DNA of 64,000 bases from an uncultured Methylomirabilota bacterium (GTDB taxonomy: Bacteria; Methylomirabilota; Methylomirabilia; Methylomirabilales; 2-02-FULL-66-22). The position numbers and the translations under genes were made by a program. The stretch spans positions 5,248,001 through 5,312,000 of the forward strand of contig OY970067.1 in NCBI GenBank assembly GCA_963705305.1. Direction: 5' to 3'. Positions 48,325-57,360 of the stretch are shown piece by piece. How positions within the stretch are numbered: the first letter of the stretch is position 1; every line of letters starts with the position of its first letter. The notes under the pieces were generated by a model. That model was not told the DNA's origin, did not search any database, and saw only the letters and a list, made by a program, of their open reading frames with translations.

Positions 48325-48523
48325 ATTAAACGTTGCGGCCCCCTCGGCCTGCCCCTCCGTCGTCCTGCAGACAGCGGGGCGGCGGAGGGGGAGGCAGCAT
48401 CGGGACGCGAGTGCATCGAGTGGGGCAACCTGTCTCCCCCGATGGTCTGACCAGGAAGACTCAAGATCTTTTCCCGTTCGAAAAACCCCAGTCTCCGCAC
48501 GCAGTTATCGCCCTTCAACAATT

Positions 48524-48539
48524 TGGTCCTCCCTTTGCA
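48524..48539 (+). promoter_or_regulatory. Possible sigma54 (-24/-12) promoter of the hydrogenase operon
   Basis: TGGTCC-TCCCT-TTGCA, GG-N10-GC spacing. Confidence 0.4.
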
Positions 48540-48774
48540 TTCTAGGTAGGGTACAAACCGCGCCACACCACGACCCACGGCCGCATCGTGTAGGCACTCC
48601 GAAACCGATCGCGCTCCCGTGAGAATCCTCAGTGGTGTCCGATCGACCGCGGGCGATGGCAGCCATCGTCATCGGAAGGATGATGTGGTCTGCCACGGCA
48701 TGGCGTGGCGCGCCAAGCCGCCTGCGGCGGACAGGTGGGCCGTATTCGGCGGCCTGCTGGAGGTGGGAGAGACC

Positions 48775-49365
48775 ATGATCGAATATGCCGTGCTGGTCGT
48801 CGGTGTCCTGGTGTGTGCCTACCGCGCCATGCGCGCCAAGCGCATCCTGGCCTCGACCCTGTACCTGGCCTGTGTGAGCGCCATGACGGCCATCATGCTG
48901 TATCTCCTGGGCGCCTACCAGGTCGCCGTGATCGAGCTCAGCGTGGGTGCCGGCCTCGTCACCGTTCTGCTGGTCTACGCCATCAGCGTGGTGGGGGACG
49001 ATGCGACGGATCTCAGGACCCTCATCCCCCGGCCGCTGGCCATCTCGGTCGCCCTGGCGTCGGCCTTGCTGGTCGGGTGGATGGCCTTTTCTTTGCCGGG
49101 ACAACTCGCCGCCACCCCCACTCCGCCCCTGGTGCAGACCCTGTGGGGGCAGCGCGTGCTGGATGTCTGGATCCAGATGGTCCTGATCTTCGCGGGGGTG
49201 CTCGGCATCCTGGGGCTCCTGGCGGAGGCACGGGGCCCACGCGGGCATGCCGCCTCCCAGATCCAGCAGCCGCGAACCGTCAAGATCGCGCCTCCCACCG
49301 TGTGCGCGCTCCCCGGCGGTGAGCCCGGTGAGGCCCGAGTCATCCGCGACGAGGTGCAGGTATGA
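48775..49365 (+). CDS. Membrane subunit, DUF4040/MnhB/NuoJ-like
   Basis: Five predicted TM segments; VAVIELSVGAGL; LWGQRVLDVWIQ (R..D..Q/E as in MrpB). Confidence 0.75.
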   Translation: MIEYAVLVVGVLVCAYRAMRAKRILASTLYLACVSAMTAIMLYLLGAYQVAVIELSVGAGLVTVLLVYAISVVGDDATDLRTLIPRPLAISVALASALLVGWMAFSLPGQLAATPTPPLVQTLWGQRVLDVWIQMVLIFAGVLGILGLLAEARGPRGHAASQIQQPRTVKIAPPTVCALPGGEPGEARVIRDEVQV

Positions 49366-49673
49366 CACTCTCACCCTTTCATGTGGTCCTGGCCGGCGTG
49401 ATCGGCCTGTTCGGCGTGGGCTGCTACGGGCTCCTGATCACCCGGAACCTGATCAAAGTGGTGATCGTCCTCCAGGTGCTGGTCAAGGCCGCCGTGCTGG
49501 CCCTGGTCCTGGCGGGGCAGGTCGGGGGGCGACTGGGTACCGGGCAAAGCCTGGCAGCCACGGTCATCGTCGCCGACACCATGGTGGCGGTGGTCGGCCT
49601 GGCCCTGGCCGTCCAGATTCGGCGACGCTTCGGCACGGTGGACGTGTCGGCTCTCTCCACACTTCGAGGATAG
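49362..49673 (+). CDS. NuoK/MrpC-like membrane subunit
   Basis: Three TM; GLLITRNLIK, VGLALAV...FGTVDV..L..LRG. Confidence 0.85.
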   Translation: MTLSPFHVVLAGVIGLFGVGCYGLLITRNLIKVVIVLQVLVKAAVLALVLAGQVGGRLGTGQSLAATVIVADTMVAVVGLALAVQIRRRFGTVDVSALSTLRG

Positions 49674-49675
49674 CG

Positions 49676-51424
49676 ATGGCACAGTGGCTGATTCTCCTCA
49701 CCATCGGGCTGCCCTGGCTGGGAGCCCTGGCAGCCTGGCTGACGCGGAACGAGCGCGAGCATGCCCAGCATGCCCTGGCGGTCGGGTTCAGCGTCGCCGC
49801 CGGCCTGGCCGCGCTGGCCCTGATTCCCCATGCCGGCAGCGGCGTGGCCCTGCGGATCCCCATCGGCGGCCCGTTCGGGGACATGACGTTCGTGGCCGAC
49901 GGCCTGGGCGTCTTCCTGGCCGCGATCGCCACCGTCATCGGCAGCCTGGCCGTCATCTTCTCGGTGGATTACATGCGGGGCGACCCGCAGATCGGCCGCT
50001 ACTACAGCCAGGTCCTGCTCTTCATCGGGGCCATGGCGGGCCTGGTGCTCAGCAACAGCCTGCTGTTCCTGTTCTTCTTCTGGGAGATCACCGCCCTCTG
50101 CTCGTACGCCCTCATCTCCTACTACAGCGACGATCCCAAGGCGGTGCGGGCCGGCATCGAGGCCCTGATCATGACCCAGCTGGGCGGCGTGGGCCTCCTG
50201 GGCGGGGCCCTGCTGACGTACGCCACCCTGGGCACGTACGAGATCGACGCCTTCCTCCGGGGCGCCGGCACGCTGGCGCCGACCACGCTGGCCTGGATGG
50301 CGTTCGGGTTCCTGGCGGCGGCGGCGGCCAAGTCGGCCCAGTTCCCCTTCCAGACCTGGCTGCCGGACGCCATGGAGGCCCCGACGCCCGTGTCCGCCCT
50401 CATCCATGCCGCCACCATGGTCAACGCCGGGGTCTATCTCCTGGCCCGCTTCTACCCGGCCTTTGCCCCCGTCCCCGGCTGGAAGACGGCGGTGGTCGCC
50501 GTGGGGGTGATCTCGGCCCTGATCACCGCGTGCATGGCCCTGGTCGCGCCGGACCTCAAGCGCGCGCTGGCCTACTCGACGGTGAGCCAGCTCGGATACA
50601 TGGTGTACGCCGTGGGCGTCGGAGGAATTCTGGCCAGCCAGCTCCACCTCTTCAGCCACGCCATCTTCAAGGCGCTGCTCTTCCTGGGGGCCGGGGCCGT
50701 GATCCACGCCGTGGGCACCCGCGACATGCGCCAGATGGGGGCCCTGGGCCGGCGCATGCCCTTCGTGCGCAGCGTGTTCGTCATCGGCGCCCTGGCCCTC
50801 GCCGGGCTCCCCATCCTGAACGGCTTCTGGAGCAAGGAGCTGGTGCTGGAGGCGGGAATCGCCGGCGGTCCGGGGTGGGCGGTCGCGGGCATGGTGCTGG
50901 GAGCGGGGCTGACCGCCTGCTACACCTTCCGCATGGTCTGGATGGTCTTCTACGGGGAGGCGCGGAGTCAGCTCCACGCCCACGATGCCACGCCCGCCAT
51001 GCGCATCTCCCTCTGGCTGCTGGCCGCCGGGACGCTCACCAGCTGGCTCCTGGCGGGCCCCTTCTCGCACCTCCTGGAGTCCACCCTGCCGTTCCACCGG
51101 TTGCACGCCCTCTCGACGGCCGGCATGGTGACGGAGATCCTCGAGGCGCCGGCCACCTGGACCGCCCTGGGCGTCATCGCCCTCGGCCTGCTGGCCTGGT
51201 GGGGGCGGGCTGGTCTGGCCTGGCTCACCGGGTCGCTGGATTGGCTCGGCGAGGCGGCTTCGCACAGCTTCGGGTTCGAGTGGATAAACCGGCGGGTCGT
51301 CGCCGCGACGCGGGACACCGCCGATGCGCTGCGCGTCACCCAGTCCGGCCTCCTGAGCTGGAACGTGCTGGGAATCCTGGGGGGGCTGGTGGTCATTCTC
51401 ATCCTCCTCGCATGGGGCGCCTGA
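49676..51424 (+). CDS. NuoL/MrpA-like antiporter subunit
   Basis: FFWEITALCSY, KSAQFPFQTWLPDAMEAPTPVSALIHAATMV, LAYSTVSQLG, HAIFKALLF, GFWSKE. Confidence 0.9.
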   Translation: MAQWLILLTIGLPWLGALAAWLTRNEREHAQHALAVGFSVAAGLAALALIPHAGSGVALRIPIGGPFGDMTFVADGLGVFLAAIATVIGSLAVIFSVDYMRGDPQIGRYYSQVLLFIGAMAGLVLSNSLLFLFFFWEITALCSYALISYYSDDPKAVRAGIEALIMTQLGGVGLLGGALLTYATLGTYEIDAFLRGAGTLAPTTLAWMAFGFLAAAAAKSAQFPFQTWLPDAMEAPTPVSALIHAATMVNAGVYLLARFYPAFAPVPGWKTAVVAVGVISALITACMALVAPDLKRALAYSTVSQLGYMVYAVGVGGILASQLHLFSHAIFKALLFLGAGAVIHAVGTRDMRQMGALGRRMPFVRSVFVIGALALAGLPILNGFWSKELVLEAGIAGGPGWAVAGMVLGAGLTACYTFRMVWMVFYGEARSQLHAHDATPAMRISLWLLAAGTLTSWLLAGPFSHLLESTLPFHRLHALSTAGMVTEILEAPATWTALGVIALGLLAWWGRAGLAWLTGSLDWLGEAASHSFGFEWINRRVVAATRDTADALRVTQSGLLSWNVLGILGGLVVILILLAWGA

Positions 51425-51425
51425 C

Positions 51426-52934
51426 ATGAATGCAACTGCCTTTGTGTGGCTGGTGGGGCTGCCCCTGGCAGCGTCCCCCCTGGTGTATATCATCGGCCGC
51501 GTGGGCGCGAACCGCGATCCGGAGGGCCGCTCTCCCGCTCTGGTGCGATGGCTCACCCTCTTGGTCCTGCTGGCCACATGGATTCCCTTCGGCCTGGCCG
51601 TTCAGGAGGTGGGGGCGCACGGGCGGAGCCTCTTCGGCGTCGAGTCGATCGCCCTGCAGCTGGACGGGATCAGCCTCATCCTGGCGGCGACCGTGCTGGC
51701 GCTGGGGACGGCGGTGGCGCTCCACTCGGTGGTGTACATGGCCGGAGAGGTCGGAGAGGAAAAGTACTACGCCATGCTCCTGGCCATGATCGGCGTGATG
51801 ATCGGTCTGGGCTGCGCCGCCGACCTCTTCAACCTGTGGGTGTGGTTCGAGGCCATGGCGGTCTCCTCCTACCTGCTGGTCGCCTTCTACCGCGAGCAGC
51901 CGGCCTCTCTGGAGGCGGGCATGAAGTACCTGGTCCAGAGCGCCCTGGGGTCGGTCCTGGTCCTGTTCGGGATCGCCCTGGTGCTGGCCCAGACGGGCAC
52001 GCTGGCCCTGGATCGGATCCGCGTCGCCGCCCATCCCTCGCCGGCCATGCTGGCCGCCGGGGCCCTGTTCCTGATCGGCTTCGGCGTGAAGATTGCCATG
52101 GTCCCCATGCACACCTGGCTGCCGGACGCCCATTCGCAGGCGCCCAGCGGCATCAGCGCCATGCTCTCCGGGGTCGTCATCGAGGCGGGCCTGGTGGCGC
52201 TGCTGCGGGCCCTGGCCCCCCTGGTGGGGGTGACCCACTCCTGGGGCACCTTCCTGATGGGCTTCGGCGCCCTGAACATGCTCTACGGCAACCTGCTGGC
52301 CCTGCGCCAGGAGCAGGTGAAGCGCCTGCTGGCCTTCTCCAGCCTGAGCCACGTGGGCTACATGCTGCTCGGCCTGGGGATCAGCATCCAGGTGGGGCAG
52401 GCCGCCGGAGCCCAGGGGGCCTTCTTCCACCTGTTCAACCATGGCATCATGAAGGGGGCCGCCTTCCTGGCGGCGGGCGCCTTCCTGTACGCGTTTCACC
52501 TGTCCGCCGGCAGCCACGCCCCCCTCACCATCGACGACCTCAACGGGGCGGCCAGACGGTATCCGGTGGCCGCCCTGGCGCTCAGCCTGGCCGTCCTGGC
52601 CTTGGGCGGCCTCCCGCCGCTGGCGGGCTTTATGTCCAAGTGGCAGATCTTCACGGCCGGATTCGCCACGCACAATCATGTGATCGACGGGCTCGTCATC
52701 TTTGCCGCGCTGAACAGCGTGCTCTCCCTGGCCTACTACGCTCCCTTGGTCAACGCGGTCTATCGCAAAGAGCCCTCGGCGGCCGTGCAGCGCGGGGCGG
52801 CCTTGCCGCGGACCATGGTGCTGTCCCTGGCCGCGCTGTCCCTGGTGATTGTCCTGCTCGGGTTCTGGCCCAGCCTGCTCGCCGGACTGACGGCGCCGGC
52901 CGGCAATGCGCTGCTGGCGGCTCTGCACGGATAA
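51426..52934 (+). CDS. NuoM/N/MrpD-like antiporter subunit
   Basis: DLFNLWVWFE, LEAGMKY, VKIAMVPMHTWLPDAH, KRLLAFSSLSH, GLPPLAGFMSKW. Confidence 0.9.
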   Translation: MNATAFVWLVGLPLAASPLVYIIGRVGANRDPEGRSPALVRWLTLLVLLATWIPFGLAVQEVGAHGRSLFGVESIALQLDGISLILAATVLALGTAVALHSVVYMAGEVGEEKYYAMLLAMIGVMIGLGCAADLFNLWVWFEAMAVSSYLLVAFYREQPASLEAGMKYLVQSALGSVLVLFGIALVLAQTGTLALDRIRVAAHPSPAMLAAGALFLIGFGVKIAMVPMHTWLPDAHSQAPSGISAMLSGVVIEAGLVALLRALAPLVGVTHSWGTFLMGFGALNMLYGNLLALRQEQVKRLLAFSSLSHVGYMLLGLGISIQVGQAAGAQGAFFHLFNHGIMKGAAFLAAGAFLYAFHLSAGSHAPLTIDDLNGAARRYPVAALALSLAVLALGGLPPLAGFMSKWQIFTAGFATHNHVIDGLVIFAALNSVLSLAYYAPLVNAVYRKEPSAAVQRGAALPRTMVLSLAALSLVIVLLGFWPSLLAGLTAPAGNALLAALHG

Positions 52935-52947
52935 GGAAGGAGAGGCC

Positions 52948-53259
52948 GTGGACATCCTGCTCTATCCGCCGATCGCCTTCGTGATCTATCTGGTGCTGGT
53001 CGGCATCCTGGCCGGTGTGGGTCGGGCCCTGGCCGTTCCCAGCCAGCCCGGCGCGCTGAAATCCAGCCCCTATGCCAGCGGCGAGGCCGGCTCCACCAAT
53101 CCCGCCGCCCCGGGCTACCGGCAGTTCTTCGTGGTGGCGCTGTTCTTCGCGGTGCTCCACCTGGGGATGCTCCTGGTGGGTAGCAGCGGCCTCAGCCTGG
53201 TCTCGGGAGCCTACCTGGTCGGCCTCAGCCTGGCCCTGGTGGCGCTGATCCTGGGCTGA
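52948..53259 (+). CDS. NuoA/MbhI-like small membrane subunit
   Basis: TM-KSSPYASGE-loop-YRQFFVVALFF, resembling the NuoA K..PYECG loop. Confidence 0.7.
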   Translation: MDILLYPPIAFVIYLVLVGILAGVGRALAVPSQPGALKSSPYASGEAGSTNPAAPGYRQFFVVALFFAVLHLGMLLVGSSGLSLVSGAYLVGLSLALVALILG

Positions 53260-53275
53260 GAGGGAGGGATCACCG

Positions 53276-53785
53276 ATGACGACATCCGTGGGCGGCGTCT
53301 GGCAGGGCGCCCTGGAAAAGATCAAGACCTGGGCCCGCGTCAATTCCCCGTGGGTGATCCATTACAACAGCGGCTCGTGCAACGGCTGCGACATCGAGAT
53401 CGTGGCCACCCTCACCCCCCGCTACGACCTGGAGCGCTTCGGGGTGAAGCTGCAGGGCAGCCCGCGGCACGCCGATGTCCTGATCTGCACGGGGCCGGTC
53501 ACGCGCCAGTCGCGCGACCGCCTGAAGCGGGTCTACGAGCAGATGCCGGATCCGAAGTTCGTGGTGGCGGTGGGATCCTGTGCGACCTCGGGCGGGGCCT
53601 TCCAGGGCTGTTACAACGTCGTCGGGCACATCGACGAGGTGATCCCCGTCAATGCCTACATCCCGGGCTGCCCCCCGCGCCCCGAGGCGATCATCGACGG
53701 GGTGGTCAAGCTATTGCAGAGCCTCCAGGCTCCAGCCCCGGCCGCGGCGCCCGTGTTGGCGCCGTCGCCGACCGCGGCGGACTAG
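53276..53785 (+). CDS. Group 4 [NiFe] hydrogenase small subunit (NuoB/HycG-like)
   Basis: SGSCNGCDIE, SPRHAD, GSCATSGG, IPGCPPRP. Confidence 0.92.
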   Translation: MTTSVGGVWQGALEKIKTWARVNSPWVIHYNSGSCNGCDIEIVATLTPRYDLERFGVKLQGSPRHADVLICTGPVTRQSRDRLKRVYEQMPDPKFVVAVGSCATSGGAFQGCYNVVGHIDEVIPVNAYIPGCPPRPEAIIDGVVKLLQSLQAPAPAAAPVLAPSPTAAD

Positions 53786-53824
53786 CCGGAGAGCCGGCGG
53801 ACCATTTTCTCGACAGGGACGGAT

Positions 53825-55489
53825 ATGAGCACAGACGAGGCATTGCAGACCGCGGAACGATTGCTGGCCGATCTGGCGACGGGCGCGACGCGGCCGGAGC
53901 CGCACCGGCTGGACGTCGCCATCGCCGGCACGGACGTCCTCAAGGCCGCCACCGCCCTCCGGCAGGCGCGCTGGGGATTCCTCAGCACCCTGACGGGCCT
54001 CGACCTCGGCCCTCAGGACGGCCACCTGGAGGCCCTGTACCACTTTTGCGAGGGCGCAGCCATCGCCACCCTCCGCGTCCAGCTGCCCCGGCAGGGCGGC
54101 TCGGTGCCCAGCCTCTCCAGCCTCCACCCCAACGCCATGTTGTACGAGCGGGAGCTGGCCGAGATGTTCGGCGTGACCGTGACGGGACTGCCCGACACCT
54201 CCCACCTGTTCCTGCCCGACGGGTGGCCCGAGGGTGTTTATCCCCTCCTGAAGGACGTGGATCCCTACGAGGCGGCCAGGCGGGTCGCCCCCGTGGATCC
54301 CCCCGAGACGGGACGGCAGGGCGGGAAGTTCATCGTGCCCATCGGCCCCCAGCACCCCGCCCTCAAGGAGCCGGGCCACTTCGAGTTCACCGTGGACGGC
54401 GAGCTGGTCACCGACGCCAAGGTCCGGCTGGGATACGTCCACCGTGGGATCGAGCGCGCCACCGAGTCCCAGACATACACCCAGAACCTGTACCTCCTGG
54501 AGCGGGTGTGCGGGATCTGCTCCCACAGCCACGCCAACGCCTACTGCCTCGGCGTCGAGCAGCTGGCCAAGGTGCAGGTCTCGCCGCGGGCGCAGGCCAT
54601 CCGCGAGCTGGTGGCCTGCCTGGAGCGGATCCACAGCCATCTGCTGTGGCTGGGTGTGGCGGCCCACGAGCTGGGCTTCGAGACCCTCTTCATGTACAGC
54701 TGGCGGGACCGGGAGGTCGTGATGGACCTGCTGGAGCAGCTGACCGGCAACCGGGTCAACTACTCCGCCAACGTGCTGGGAGGGGTGAAGTTCGACGTCG
54801 GTCCCGGCCAGGCGGACGGCATCCGCCGCGGCATGGACTCCCTGGAGCAGCGGACCCGGCACTACCTGACCGTGGTCACCACGGACAGCGCGCTGCTCCA
54901 GCGCACCCGGGGAATCGGGACCATGACCAAAGAGGAGGCGGAGCACCTGGAGGCCCTTGGGCCCACCCTGCGCGCCTCCGGGGTCACGCGGGACGTCCGG
55001 ACCGACGCCCCCTACGGGGGCTACGCCCAGTTTCCGGTGAAGATCATGGTGGACACGGCGGGGGACCTGGCCGCCCGCTTCAAGGTCCGAATGGAGGAGA
55101 CCCTCGAGAGCATCCGGGTCATCCGCACCATCCTCGACAACCTGCCGGAGGGAGAGCTCACCGCCAAGATGCCCCGGCGCATTCCGCCGGGCGAGACCAT
55201 CGCCCGCTTCGAAGCGCCGCGCGGCGAGCTGTTCTACTACATCCGGAGCAACGGCACCGACAAGCCCGACCGGGTCAAGGTGCGGACCCCCAGCATCTGC
55301 AACTGGATCTCGGTGCTGACCAAGGCCGTGGGCTCCCAGCTGGCCGATGTCCCGCCGCTCCTGGCGGGGATCGATCCGTGCTTTTCCTGCAACGATCGGG
55401 CAATCGTGGTCACCCGTCGCCGCGGCGACCGCCAGGTGTGGACCTGGGAGGAGCTGCGGCAGTACGCCAACTCGTTCTATCGCCGGTGA
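53825..55489 (+). CDS. Group 4 [NiFe] hydrogenase large subunit fused to a NuoC-like domain
   Basis: N-terminal YERELAEMFG; GPQHP, GYVHRGIE; L1 ERVCGICSHSH; EAPRGE; L2 DPCFSCNDR plus C-terminal extension. Confidence 0.93.
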   Translation: MSTDEALQTAERLLADLATGATRPEPHRLDVAIAGTDVLKAATALRQARWGFLSTLTGLDLGPQDGHLEALYHFCEGAAIATLRVQLPRQGGSVPSLSSLHPNAMLYERELAEMFGVTVTGLPDTSHLFLPDGWPEGVYPLLKDVDPYEAARRVAPVDPPETGRQGGKFIVPIGPQHPALKEPGHFEFTVDGELVTDAKVRLGYVHRGIERATESQTYTQNLYLLERVCGICSHSHANAYCLGVEQLAKVQVSPRAQAIRELVACLERIHSHLLWLGVAAHELGFETLFMYSWRDREVVMDLLEQLTGNRVNYSANVLGGVKFDVGPGQADGIRRGMDSLEQRTRHYLTVVTTDSALLQRTRGIGTMTKEEAEHLEALGPTLRASGVTRDVRTDAPYGGYAQFPVKIMVDTAGDLAARFKVRMEETLESIRVIRTILDNLPEGELTAKMPRRIPPGETIARFEAPRGELFYYIRSNGTDKPDRVKVRTPSICNWISVLTKAVGSQLADVPPLLAGIDPCFSCNDRAIVVTRRRGDRQVWTWEELRQYANSFYRR

Positions 55490-55494
55490 GCGTC

Positions 55495-56409
55495 ATGCGA
55501 GCATTGACACACCTCCTGTTCTTCCCGGGCGGCCTGTTCCTGATCCTGCTGGCCCTGGCGTACGAGTGGGGCGACCGGAAGCTGGTCGCCCGCTTCGAAA
55601 ACCGCATCGGGCCGCGCTGGTTCCAGACGCTGGCGGACCTCCTGAAGCTCTTGATCAAAGAGGAGATCACGCCGGCGACCGCGCAGCCGCTGCTGTTCAC
55701 GGTGCTCCCCATCGTGGCCATGACGGGCGCCCTCACCGCTGCCCTGTATGTGCCGCTCTTGGGGCTGCGGCCGGCCCTCAGCTTCCCGGGCGATCTGATC
55801 GTGACCCTCTACCTCCTGAGCCTGCTGACCGTGTGCATCGGCATGGCGGGCTGGAACAGCACCAGCCGCTTCACCCTGGCCGGGGCCACCCGGGCGCTGA
55901 CGCAGCTGTTCTCCTACGAGGCGCCCTTCATGCTGGCGCTCTTGGGGCCCGCCGTCGTCGCGGGAAGCTGGCAGATCGGCGAGATCTTGGCCGCGAATCA
56001 GGGGCGCTGGATCCTCCTGACCCAGCCGTTCGGGTTCGTGGTGGCCCTGATCGGGCTGATGGGCAAGCTGGAGATGCCCCCCTTCGACGCCCCCAAGGCC
56101 AAGACGGAAATCGTGGCTGGCGCCCTGACGGAGTACAGCGGCCGGGGGCTGGGGCTCTTTCATCTGGGCAAGCAGATCGAGCTGGTGGTCGGCCTGACCC
56201 TGGTGGCGGCCCTGTACATGGGCGGGCTGCACAACCCGGTGGAATTTCTCGCCAAGACAGTGCTGCTACTGGGCGTGCTGGCCAGCCTGCATTGCGTCCT
56301 CACCCGGCTGCGCATCGATCAGACGGTCGGTCTGTGGTGGCGGTACGGGGCGCTGGTGGTGCTGCTGCAGTGGCTGGTCCTGATCGCCTGGAAAGGAGTG
56401 GTGGCATGA
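55495..56409 (+). CDS. NuoH/HycD-like membrane subunit
   Basis: RKLVARFENRIGP, DLLKLLIKE, SYE, PFDAPKAKTEIVAGALTEYSG, RLRIDQ. Confidence 0.92.
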   Translation: MRALTHLLFFPGGLFLILLALAYEWGDRKLVARFENRIGPRWFQTLADLLKLLIKEEITPATAQPLLFTVLPIVAMTGALTAALYVPLLGLRPALSFPGDLIVTLYLLSLLTVCIGMAGWNSTSRFTLAGATRALTQLFSYEAPFMLALLGPAVVAGSWQIGEILAANQGRWILLTQPFGFVVALIGLMGKLEMPPFDAPKAKTEIVAGALTEYSGRGLGLFHLGKQIELVVGLTLVAALYMGGLHNPVEFLAKTVLLLGVLASLHCVLTRLRIDQTVGLWWRYGALVVLLQWLVLIAWKGVVA

Positions 56410-56840
56410 AACTGGGCACGATGCTCTCGGACATCTACACCTCCCTCTTCCGGCGGCCGGTCACCCAGCGGTACCCCTTCGAGCGCCTGGAGGCCCCGGA
56501 ACATTTCCGCGGCAAGCTGGTCTGGAACCCCGAGACGTGCAACGGCTGCGGCGTCTGCACCAAGGACTGCCCGGCCAAGGCGCTCGATCTGCTCGTCCTC
56601 GACAAGAAGAACAAGCGGTTCGTGATGCGCTACCACGCGGACCGGTGCGCCTACTGCGCCCAGTGCGTCCAGAGCTGCCGCTTCAAGTGCCTGGGGATGT
56701 CCGATCGGGAGTGGGAGCTGGCGGCCCTCACCAAGGAGCCGTTCACGGTCTACTATGGAAATGATGTCGACGTCGACTCCGTCCTGGCACAGCTCGTTGG
56801 TTCGCACGCTGCAGAGCCTGCGGGCGCCCCGGCCGACTGA
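56406..56840 (+). CDS. 2x[4Fe-4S] subunit (NuoI/HycF-like)
   Basis: TQRYPFE..FRGK; CNGCGVCTKDCP; CAYCAQCVQSC. Confidence 0.9.
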   Translation: MKLGTMLSDIYTSLFRRPVTQRYPFERLEAPEHFRGKLVWNPETCNGCGVCTKDCPAKALDLLVLDKKNKRFVMRYHADRCAYCAQCVQSCRFKCLGMSDREWELAALTKEPFTVYYGNDVDVDSVLAQLVGSHAAEPAGAPAD

Positions 56841-57318
56841 AGGAGCTACCGCCTCATCCGTTCAGCCCCGCATCGCCATCGTCGGGATCGGGAACGAGCA
56901 GCGGGGCGACGACGGGGCGGGAGTGGCGGTCGTGCGCGGGCTCTCGGCCATCCCCCATTCTGCCGCCCACTTCCTCGTGGACGCCGGCACGGCCCCCGAG
57001 AGCTGCACCGGACCGTTGCGCCGGTTCAGCCCGGATCTGGTCCTGCTGGTGGACGCGGCCCACATGCAGGAGCCCCCGGGAACCGTGCGGTGGTTGGCGT
57101 GGGAGGACACCAGCGGCCTCAGCGCCTCCACTCACACCCTCCCCCCCTACATGCTGGCCAAGTACCTGGCGGCCGAGCTCGGCTGTCAGGTGGCCCTCCT
57201 GGGTATCCAGCCGACCGCCCTGGACTTCGGCGCTCCGGTCTCGGCCCCCGTCAGGCGGGCCGTCCGCCTGGTGGTGGAGCGGATCGGGCGCCTCCTCCAG
57301 GAAGAGCCACCCGCCTGA
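56764..57318 (+). CDS. Hydrogenase maturation endopeptidase (HycI-like; start uncertain)
   Basis: VGIGNEQRGDDGAG, DAGTAPE, LVDAA, STHTLP, LGIQP. Confidence 0.88.
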   Translation: MSTSTPSWHSSLVRTLQSLRAPRPTEGATASSVQPRIAIVGIGNEQRGDDGAGVAVVRGLSAIPHSAAHFLVDAGTAPESCTGPLRRFSPDLVLLVDAAHMQEPPGTVRWLAWEDTSGLSASTHTLPPYMLAKYLAAELGCQVALLGIQPTALDFGAPVSAPVRRAVRLVVERIGRLLQEEPPA

Positions 57319-57360
57319 TCTCCGGACCGGGAAGAAAACGGGGGCGGCTCGACACCGCCG

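Noticed and set aside
53350..56409. 1019-aa ORF spanning hydrogenase genes
   Set aside because: Only the last 304 aa (NuoH-like) are real; the rest is an alternative frame over other genes in GC-rich DNA.
48775..56840. Annotation as NADH:quinone oxidoreductase (nuo) or Ni-less Ehr/Mbx complex
   Set aside because: Both CxxC Ni-binding motifs, a cleavable C-terminal tail and a maturation protease are present.
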